Virus record (IMG/VR): IMGVR_UViG_3300022698_000267
Span: 186,001 to 250,000 of that record
Direction: 5' to 3' (one strand)
Length of the DNA: 64,000 nucleotides
Each line of letters starts with the position of its first letter. Within the stretch, counting starts at the first letter, position 1. This document shows positions 56,606-64,000 of the stretch, in pieces. Both the position numbers and the translations under genes were made by a program. The notes under the pieces were generated by a model, which made no database searches, had not been told where the DNA came from, and worked only from the letters and a program-made list of their open reading frames with translations.

Positions 56606-57352
56606 ATGCTCACTGCACAAGATATTGTAAATTACTATGCTGCTAATAAACCTTTTGAAATAACAGATGATACTCAATATTTGTCGATGTTACAGAATGT
56701 TGCACAAATGACAATTATTGAATTCTCTGAAAACGAACCAATTTTAGAAGAGAAAGAGATAACGTCTCCAGCTTCTACAGCTGGGAATTACGTTGAGATT
56801 GATCTATATACAGATATTGATGAAAATTTTATGAGCTTTGTTTTATTCGAACTCAAAGATCAAATTGAATTAACAACCAATAGATTAATTTCTACTTATC
56901 TAGGTTCTCCACAGGAACTTCCAGCTATCAGAAGGGCTTTAGATGGTGGTTCACTTCTTGAATTTTTGGCAGTCAGAGACTCTCTATATGCAATGGAAGA
57001 TTGGTTTTATCTTAAATCCAGGAAATTAATTTACAATAATTCGAAGATAAAAGTTCTTCCAGAGACAGATTACTATTGTCTATATAAAAGGTATAGAAAT
57101 TTAGATGAAATTCCACCATCTGCTGTAAATTCTTTTAAAAAACTGCTATTACTGAATTTACTATTGTCATCTTATCAATCTGACATTTATGCCTCTGAAG
57201 CTGGAATTAGATCAGTTTCAATTTCTAGCCTTTCTGTGTCGTTTAACGTTTCTAGTGCTAAAGATGTCACAGACGCTTTGTTAAAAGAGAAAGAGAAGTT
57301 GATGGGTGAATTAGCAATGGTTTACGACGAAGATATGGTGGGCATAATTTAA
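56606..57352 (+). CDS. Probable head-tail adaptor/neck protein
   Basis: C-terminal GIRSVSISSLSVSF; context. Confidence 0.45.
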   Translation: MLTAQDIVNYYAANKPFEITDDTQYLSMLQNVAQMTIIEFSENEPILEEKEITSPASTAGNYVEIDLYTDIDENFMSFVLFELKDQIELTTNRLISTYLGSPQELPAIRRALDGGSLLEFLAVRDSLYAMEDWFYLKSRKLIYNNSKIKVLPETDYYCLYKRYRNLDEIPPSAVNSFKKLLLLNLLLSSYQSDIYASEAGIRSVSISSLSVSFNVSSAKDVTDALLKEKEKLMGELAMVYDEDMVGII

Positions 57353-57379
57353 CCCGTGGGTTTCCCCACGGGTCTTTTA
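57352..57379. terminator. Intrinsic terminator between convergent genes
   Basis: acccgtggg-tttc-cccacgggt stem followed by ctttt. Confidence 0.75.
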
Positions 57380-57380
57380 T

Positions 57381-59666
57381 CTACGAACAGCTACTAAACA
57401 AACAATCTGGATTTATACAAGCTCCTCCTCTACATCCAACACTCTTAGTAAATGTGAACTTATTGCATTGAGGACAACGATCAAATCCTCCGGTTTCAGC
57501 TGTAAGTCCAGATAAGTTTGTGGTTACTGTTATTCCATTTTTCTCGAAGTGTTCATCTAAAATTGTGGCTATTAAATCAACAATTCCAGTTAATTTTCTG
57601 GAACGTTTTTCATTTTCATCCACTGTGAGAAACATTATCTCACCACCAGCACCTCTCATAGTGTCTGTTAATTTTTCTAATGGAACTCCCATCTGTAAAC
57701 TTTTACTAATCAATCTACCTATGGTATTCAACAACGTATTATCAAAATGTCCTTGATTTCCCATGGAAATAAAAACTTCCATGATTTTTTCATCAACATA
57801 ATTCCCAGTTACATAAATTCTTCCTCTTGGTGTATTTACTTCTAAAGTTTTGCCATAACGCAACATGGGTCTTTTTATTCCTTGAACTTCCACACCCTGT
57901 TTGCAATCTACAGAGGAAAAACTAACCGGCTGAGATTCTTTACTTCCATCTCTATATATGGTAATGCCCTTCAATTTCAAGTCATATGCTAATCTGTAGA
58001 TTTGATCTACATCTTCTTTGGTAGCTGAATTTGGAAGGTTTACTGTAGAAGATATTGATAACGTGATATTTTCTTGTGCTGCTGCCTGCATTTTTAATCT
58101 GTCTCGCCAGGAAATATCGTGTGCTACACAGAAGATTCTTTGTTCCTCTTCTTTAAATTCGTGAAGTCCTCTGATACTCCCATTGTTATTGCTGATCTTC
58201 TTTATTAAATCGTCTGTGATTTTAATCCCAGTTTTATTACAATATTTTTCGAATGTAGGATTCATAAAAGACCATTCTTCATCAGAATCGGATATAACTT
58301 TCCTCCAAGCTAGAGCAAATATTGGTTCAAAGGAGTAACTTGCATCCGCTGATATTGCCGTAGAACCGGTTGGAGCCAATGTTGTTACCGTACAATTGGC
58401 TATACCAGTTTGTTTTACTTTCTTGATGTCAGCTTCTGTCAACCCGTAATCTTTTAACAACTTATAAAATCGTTTAGCATCCTTTTTTGGTATACTAACT
58501 GTCACACCTTCTTCCTTTGCTAATTTTATGGAAGAACGAAAGGCTGTTTTTGTCATTATGGCTGTAATATTTCTCAACAAGTCCCTAGCATCTTTGGAAT
58601 TATATGGAATCTCCATTTTGTATAGAACATCTGAGAATCCCATAAGACCTAAACCAATAGGTCTATTTTTAAGCATTTGATCTTTAAACTTCTTGTTGGG
58701 AAAAGTATTTTTGTCGATGATTCTATTCAATAGACGAACGCCTACTTCAATATATTCTTCGAATTTTCCAAACAGCTCAAGATTTTTCGTCTCTTCATTA
58801 AAAAAACAGTTCAAATTTATATGTCCTAAATCACAGGCAGACCATGGAGGCAAACAAACTTCACCACATGGGTTTGTTGTTTCAATATCTCCTCTACTTG
58901 GAAATGGATTTAAACTATTGATTCTATCAATGAATAAGAGTCCAGGATCACCACTAGTCCAAGCAGAATCAACAATAGCTTCCCAAAGTTCTTTATACGT
59001 AAATTTCTCAATTTTTTTACCATCTAAAAGATCATTTGGAGACTCCAAAGGTATGCATTCATTGGAATCCACTTTTTCCATAAAATTTTTATCTACACAC
59101 ATAGAAATATTTATAGCACTGAATCTATCATTACAAACTTTACAGGTAGCAAAGTCTAAAGCATCTGGATGTGTGTATTTGAAAGAAGCTAGATTGGCAG
59201 CTCTTCTTGAACGTCCACCGGATTTGACTTGATCGGATATTGATTGTACTGTTTCTAGAAATGAGAGGGGGCCGCTGGAGTAGCCTCCTTCTTTAAGAGG
59301 TGATTTTGCTTCCCTAAGATTTGAAATTGGAATTCCAGCTCCACCTCCACCGGCATAGATTCTTGCACAAGTGGCCCACATTTCAATTATGGAATCCATA
59401 TCGTCTTCCAGACCTAGTAAAAAACAGGCTGCAAGATTGGGATTATCTACTATTCCTGCATTAACCATAGCAGGTGTATTTGGTCTAAAAATTTGATTTT
59501 GTAGCAGATAAAAGAATTCCTCTTCCTCTTCCTCCGTTATAGCTAAGAAGTTTGCAACTCTTCTATTACATTGTTCAATAGTTTCTACCGACTTCTGTGT
59601 CAATGGATCTCTTTTTAAATATAATTTTTCATAAGTTTTCTTGGCATTTTCTGAATATTCTGTCAT
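57381..59666 (-). CDS. nrdJ: Class II (adenosylcobalamin) ribonucleotide reductase with TSCPD-like tail
   Basis: FRPNTP, AACF, GGGAG, SGGRSRRAA, TNPCGE, CDLGHINL, LAPTGS, YRDGSK. Confidence 0.93.
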   Translation of the reverse strand: MTEYSENAKKTYEKLYLKRDPLTQKSVETIEQCNRRVANFLAITEEEEEEFFYLLQNQIFRPNTPAMVNAGIVDNPNLAACFLLGLEDDMDSIIEMWATCARIYAGGGGAGIPISNLREAKSPLKEGGYSSGPLSFLETVQSISDQVKSGGRSRRAANLASFKYTHPDALDFATCKVCNDRFSAINISMCVDKNFMEKVDSNECIPLESPNDLLDGKKIEKFTYKELWEAIVDSAWTSGDPGLLFIDRINSLNPFPSRGDIETTNPCGEVCLPPWSACDLGHINLNCFFNEETKNLELFGKFEEYIEVGVRLLNRIIDKNTFPNKKFKDQMLKNRPIGLGLMGFSDVLYKMEIPYNSKDARDLLRNITAIMTKTAFRSSIKLAKEEGVTVSIPKKDAKRFYKLLKDYGLTEADIKKVKQTGIANCTVTTLAPTGSTAISADASYSFEPIFALAWRKVISDSDEEWSFMNPTFEKYCNKTGIKITDDLIKKISNNNGSIRGLHEFKEEEQRIFCVAHDISWRDRLKMQAAAQENITLSISSTVNLPNSATKEDVDQIYRLAYDLKLKGITIYRDGSKESQPVSFSSVDCKQGVEVQGIKRPMLRYGKTLEVNTPRGRIYVTGNYVDEKIMEVFISMGNQGHFDNTLLNTIGRLISKSLQMGVPLEKLTDTMRGAGGEIMFLTVDENEKRSRKLTGIVDLIATILDEHFEKNGITVTTNLSGLTAETGGFDRCPQCNKFTFTKSVGCRGGACINPDCLFSSCS

Positions 59667-59678
59667 TTACGTCCCCCA

Positions 59679-60521
59679 TTATTTTCCCAATCTAGTTTTT
59701 AATACTTCAAGTTGAAATCCATAACAATGAAGACCTTGACTATCGAAAGTTAAAGGTCCCGGTTCCACCCCTTCAAGTTGAGCGGCAATATACTCATTCA
59801 AAAGAGTAAACCCTCCCATATTCTCAGGAAAACCACCGTATAAATCCCAACTTCTAAAGGTGATTCCCATAATTAATTTTCCACCTTTTATCTTTAGATC
59901 AATGCCTCTAAGACAAGGGGATGTTCCCCTCTCAAATTCTTCTTTCCATGGTCTATCATAAGACAGACAAGAATATCTGTCGCCGACTGTAATGTGACAG
60001 TGATTGTTGCCATATCCTTTGGTTTGGAAATGATTGATTACCCATTCCAATTGTGTATTGATTTTCCCGAGTGGACACTTCTTAACATATAGAATAGATG
60101 TTTTACTAATCATACAAATTGGGGAATCGTAAGCGCTGCCTTCACCTTCCAAATGCTCGCATTTCACACATCTACAATATTCTGGATAAGGGAGCATTTG
60201 CCCATTAATCCAGGTGGAATATCGGTATTCTTCTTCTGGTGTTAGATTGGGGTCCATTAAATAATTTGCAAAGTATTGCTCGATGGCATCATCATCGGTT
60301 GGAACTGGAAGTCCAGAACCCTCAGGAACTCTGGGGGCCAATGGCCTTTCATGCACTTTATGAATAAATCCGGAAACTTTATCGAATTCCAGCCTTGTAT
60401 CTCCTGCATAACTTCCTGCAGTAATTTCATATTTTCTCCCAACTTCATTAATGTTATATAATAGTTGGAACCAAGCATCATCTAATGTTGTTGCCTCTAT
60501 AAATCGTGGTTTAAATTCCAT
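59679..60521 (-). CDS. thyA: Thymidylate synthase, short archaeal/deltaproteobacterial type, with a Cys-rich insert
   Basis: SPCL, FRSWD...N (Asn177 equivalent), LHCY. Confidence 0.85.
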   Translation of the reverse strand: MEFKPRFIEATTLDDAWFQLLYNINEVGRKYEITAGSYAGDTRLEFDKVSGFIHKVHERPLAPRVPEGSGLPVPTDDDAIEQYFANYLMDPNLTPEEEYRYSTWINGQMLPYPEYCRCVKCEHLEGEGSAYDSPICMISKTSILYVKKCPLGKINTQLEWVINHFQTKGYGNNHCHITVGDRYSCLSYDRPWKEEFERGTSPCLRGIDLKIKGGKLIMGITFRSWDLYGGFPENMGGFTLLNEYIAAQLEGVEPGPLTFDSQGLHCYGFQLEVLKTRLGK

Positions 60522-60546
60522 AAGACTCCTCCAATTTTTTTATTTA

Positions 60547-60556
60547 ATTTAGTAGA
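60547..60556 (-). promoter_or_regulatory. Variant promoter motif TCTACTAAAT upstream of thyA-nrdJ
   Basis: One mismatch to WATACTAAA; oriented toward thyA. Confidence 0.4.
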
Positions 60557-60586
60557 TTAGTTTTAATTTCCAAACTAAGTAAAACA

Positions 60587-60616
60587 TTGACAAAACTTCT
60601 AGGGAAGTTCTAGATT
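60587..60616 (+). promoter_or_regulatory. Possible sigma70-type promoter TTGACA-N18-TAGATT with a palindrome in the spacer
   Basis: aacttc-tagg-gaagtt at 60594-60609. Confidence 0.45.
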
Positions 60617-60641
60617 CATTTTCGATGTTTTGGAGGCAGAC

Positions 60642-63600
60642 ATGACATTCAGCAACATCTTATCCAATGTGCCATACAATATTAAAAACAGAAGTAATTA
60701 TGGTATAACCAAAGTTGAGACAGAAGATATTGTAGATGTTCCATACTTTCCGGCACAGAACTTAGTAGATACATCTGGTACTATCAATGTGTACAAACCT
60801 ATTGGATACCCCATACCATTTTTGGATAGTAATTCTTTAGAAAGATTATTCTACCTTCATAATAGAAATGATGTAAGATTTTTATTTACTGAGTTAGCCG
60901 ATGATGCTAGATATCTTAGATATTCTTTTATCGGCAATAGTTTTCCGCAAGGAAGAGATTATTTCAGTTACTCATTCGATGGTACAAAATTGTACATTTT
61001 TGGTGGTGATGCCAATGGGAGATGTTCAAATGACTTGTGGGAATATGATATAAATTCAAACAGCTGGAAGAACTTAAATTTTAGTATTGCCACACTCTCT
61101 GCCAATACTTGTCCTTCTAGAAGAAGAAAATCTAGCTGTATTGTTCACGGAACTTCTATTTGGATTTTTGGAGGAGAAACTGATATCCTCACTGTAAATT
61201 CAGAAGAAACTCGAACACTGCTAACTTTGAATGATCTATGGGACTATGATTTAAATTCTGGAGCTTGGACAAATTACGATTTAGATAGAGCTTTCCCTCA
61301 TAGACAAGGAAATATAGTTCATATCGACAGTGCATCTGTCAAAGTCTTTATAGAAGGAGGCTTAAATACAATAGGGCAACAGGAGCCTTTAGCAATATGG
61401 ACTTTAGATATTGCAACTGATACAGTATCGTATGAAGAAATAACAGCTCAGTTCGAACCATCTTACGAAAATGTTGTTCTTCTTATAGATGGTGTTATTC
61501 ATATTCAAGTAGGAACAGATTTATATAAATGGAATAATTCCACTTCTTTATTCGAAGTAGTTAAACAGGGAATATCTTGTATTAATCCCAATGGTAAGAA
61601 TTACTGGGTTGTTTCCGATGTATCTAAGAATTTCGGTGAAAATGCCAATATGGGAACCATGGAAATTTCACAAGCAGCTTTGTATTCCTATGGAGATTCT
61701 TTGCTTTCTACCAAAACAATGACTCTTCCTCCAGATTCTGGTCAAAGTATTCCAAGAATTAATGTGGATAATGTGCAAACATTTTTCTTTGGTGGATTAA
61801 CAGACGAAAATACGTTTAATGAAAGCACATACATTTTAAATCATACAACTTTAGATGTAGAAAAATATGATTTTGATTCTGATGAACGTCCAACAGAAAG
61901 AGTGTATACTTCATTAGCCTACGACAAATACAGAGGTAGGATTTGGTTGTTTGGAGGTTCAGATGGAACAAAATTCTACAATGATTTATGGTATTTTGAT
62001 CTAGGATTAAAGACATGGACTGAAGTTTTCGAAAATCAAGAAAACACAGATGAAGAAAATCCTGATTTTCCACAACCAAGATTTAAAACTGGACTAGCTG
62101 TTGTTGCCACCAATTATCTATATTTCCTTGGAGGATATTCAGATGTTAGAAGTTTTAACGATTTTTGGAGTTACAACATAACAACTCAGGAATGGAAAAA
62201 GCTTTTTGTGGTAGATAACATACCTTGGGGATCTATTTACAAAATCTTCGAATGGAGGGATAGACTCTGGTTATTCAATGGACAAAAATTGTACAGATTT
62301 TTCTTCGATAGAAAGCAATTTGTGCACTCTCCATTTCTAACAGTAAAGACGGAAAAAACCACCAATGATGAAAAGGTTTCAACAGGAATTATAGCCATTC
62401 TTGAATCTAAATCTTATATGGATATTCCTATAAATTGTGCAGTTGTTAATGGAAAATTACTGGTTCAGAATTCCAAAATCTCATTCCAAGTGGATTTAGA
62501 AAGCAAGGTGGTTACTGACTTAAATTTAGAGTTTGGAATGTCTACCAATGTTATCTGGTTAGACTCTTATTGGGGGATTGGTTCTGATTTGTTATCTTCC
62601 TATTATGTAAATGTTAGTGCTTTACAACCTCTTACGAAAAATCAAGTTCCTAATAGTTACTACTGTTCACAATTAAATCGAGTTCTTCCATCTGGTTTAT
62701 TTTTCTATGATTGGGGAAATGTGTATCCAGATAGCAATTTTATTTATCAGGACAGTTCTGGAACATTTACAATACAAAACAGAACAGATGCTTTAAATAA
62801 AGCTAAGTTGTTAGTTAATAAAACTGTTTCCTTTTGTGGAAAACAAACTGATTTTCCAAGTTTCGACTTTGGTGATGAAGAAGCTCTATGGAATGAAACT
62901 GTTGATGCTATGATAGACCCAAGAGTCTACCCATATGCTCCATGGTTTTTATATTCTGGTTACAACGTGGTTGGAAAAAGCGATACCTATACTGGTGCAC
63001 AAAGGGTTGTTTTTAATGAAAGTCTAGGAAAGATTTACATCATATATGATAATGGAAACACAATGAAGTTAAATCCTGAAGATGGAACGTTCTTCACTTA
63101 TTTCACTAGTATTTGGCCAGGTTCTGCAATTGGATACCATAAGAACAGGAACATTTTTTATATCTTTGGGGGGCTTCGAGAAGACTCAGAAGGAAATGCT
63201 ACCAGAAAAACTTACTTACAAAATGGCATGGAAGCAGCACCAATAGTTATTCAAGGAGAAAAGAATACAAGAACTGAAGTATCTCATCCTGGATTAATGC
63301 AATTTGATATGAACATAAATGAAATGAATCTGGGGTCTGTGGAAAATTACCTAAGAGACAAAGAGGTTGCTTCTGTTGATTACACACAAACTAAAGAACA
63401 TTTAGTTTCATTGATTGAAAAATACATAGAAGATGCAAGTAGCAATATTCTACCCGGAGGAATTGATGAAGCAAAACAAAAGATATATGAAGCAACACAA
63501 CCTATAATTGATGATATGTCACAATTCGATTTTGCTTTTGAAAATGGAACACGTCCACTTTCCAGAGCTTATGCAGCTAGTACCCAAGTTGGAAATTTCT

Positions 63601-64000
63601 TGTACGTTTTTGGTGGAGCTGATAGCTACACAGACTCTTGTATAGTAGTACAAGAGCCAGAACCTTATCATTGTTCTAAACCTGGAAGTTTATATAATCA
63701 ATTCGTAACAGCTAATAATCCTGAGGCAGAACCAGTATTTGATGAATATGAAGAAGGAAGAAGAGCATTTTCTTTCAATATGGAAACTAGAACGTGGACA
63801 GAATTAAATTTCACTTTGTATTGGCAGTACTTAGGTTCCGCTATTCCAAGTCCAGATGAAAGATTCATCTATATAGTTGGTGGATTTAAAGGATCAGATT
63901 GTACACAACCTTCTTCAGATATAATGGTCTATGATATACAAACCAATACTTATGAAGAGTTGTCAGGAATTCCAGAAACGTATGCTGGAAGAGCAAAGCC
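60642..64000 (+). CDS. Giant Kelch-repeat (beta-propeller) protein, 3'-truncated, >1119 aa; absent from the ORF track
   Basis: GGAGG RBS + ATG 60642; same frame at both ends and no stop-terminated ORF reported for it; at least 9 GG motifs (YIFGG, WIFGG, WLFGG, YFLGG, YVFGG, YIVGG), several followed by NDLWxYD. Confidence 0.9.
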   Translation, partial: MTFSNILSNVPYNIKNRSNYGITKVETEDIVDVPYFPAQNLVDTSGTINVYKPIGYPIPFLDSNSLERLFYLHNRNDVRFLFTELADDARYLRYSFIGNSFPQGRDYFSYSFDGTKLYIFGGDANGRCSNDLWEYDINSNSWKNLNFSIATLSANTCPSRRRKSSCIVHGTSIWIFGGETDILTVNSEETRTLLTLNDLWDYDLNSGAWTNYDLDRAFPHRQGNIVHIDSASVKVFIEGGLNTIGQQEPLAIWTLDIATDTVSYEEITAQFEPSYENVVLLIDGVIHIQVGTDLYKWNNSTSLFEVVKQGISCINPNGKNYWVVSDVSKNFGENANMGTMEISQAALYSYGDSLLSTKTMTLPPDSGQSIPRINVDNVQTFFFGGLTDENTFNESTYILNHTTLDVEKYDFDSDERPTERVYTSLAYDKYRGRIWLFGGSDGTKFYNDLWYFDLGLKTWTEVFENQENTDEENPDFPQPRFKTGLAVVATNYLYFLGGYSDVRSFNDFWSYNITTQEWKKLFVVDNIPWGSIYKIFEWRDRLWLFNGQKLYRFFFDRKQFVHSPFLTVKTEKTTNDEKVSTGIIAILESKSYMDIPINCAVVNGKLLVQNSKISFQVDLESKVVTDLNLEFGMSTNVIWLDSYWGIGSDLLSSYYVNVSALQPLTKNQVPNSYYCSQLNRVLPSGLFFYDWGNVYPDSNFIYQDSSGTFTIQNRTDALNKAKLLVNKTVSFCGKQTDFPSFDFGDEEALWNETVDAMIDPRVYPYAPWFLYSGYNVVGKSDTYTGAQRVVFNESLGKIYIIYDNGNTMKLNPEDGTFFTYFTSIWPGSAIGYHKNRNIFYIFGGLREDSEGNATRKTYLQNGMEAAPIVIQGEKNTRTEVSHPGLMQFDMNINEMNLGSVENYLRDKEVASVDYTQTKEHLVSLIEKYIEDASSNILPGGIDEAKQKIYEATQPIIDDMSQFDFAFENGTRPLSRAYAASTQVGNFLYVFGGADSYTDSCIVVQEPEPYHCSKPGSLYNQFVTANNPEAEPVFDEYEEGRRAFSFNMETRTWTELNFTLYWQYLGSAIPSPDERFIYIVGGFKGSDCTQPSSDIMVYDIQTNTYEELSGIPETYAGRAK

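Noticed and set aside
57352-57373. IS200/IS605 or REP end hairpin
   Set aside because: Single copy, no tnpA/tnpB, and it sits exactly between convergent stops, so a terminator explains it.
60642-64000. Diversity-generating retroelement target
   Set aside because: No reverse transcriptase or near-identical TR/VR pair seen in this window; Kelch repeats are diverged at the DNA level.
1-64000. tRNA, rRNA or tmRNA genes
   Set aside because: Intergenic gaps are short and I found no cloverleaf or T-loop (GTTCRA) context; tRNAscan/ARAGORN would be needed to be certain.

Overview
The window is a gene-dense, AT-rich (roughly one-third GC by eye) segment of a large tailed bacteriophage genome in standard code 11. 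I see no rRNA, tRNA, CRISPR array, integrase or transposase. Layout: 1-8.6 kb holds tandem amidoligase-like genes, a divergent sigma-like gene, a GT9 glycosyltransferase and orphans. 8.6-31.2 kb is a replication/recombination operon (SF2 helicase, primase, DnaB, clamp, UDG-PolA, clamp loader, UvsY, gp32-like SSB, metacaspase, RecA, resolvase, NAD ligase). Embedded in it at 12.5-19.4 kb is a 7-deazaguanine DNA-modification cluster (queD fusion, queE, folE2, SAM methyltransferase, queC, myo-inositol-1-phosphate synthase, TGT/DpdA-like gene and a possible detached DpdA N-terminus). 31-41 kb is an accessory block (Prs between twin mini P-loop genes, SLT, HD, RtcB, a higher-GC vWA/PurA-like module, a GGQ release-factor-like gene, PncB). 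41-44 kb is an SbcCD with SbcC split at the zinc hook. 45-57 kb holds probable virion genes, followed by thyA-nrdJ on the minus strand and a >1100-aa Kelch-repeat ORF that is missing from the ORF track and runs off the window end. The best candidate for a new system is the deazaguanine cluster carrying an inositol synthase and a methyltransferase. Other leads are a phage promoter motif (WATACTAWA) with a candidate sigma factor, and a twice-repeated structured intergenic element. All family calls come from motif recognition by eye; no database searches were run.
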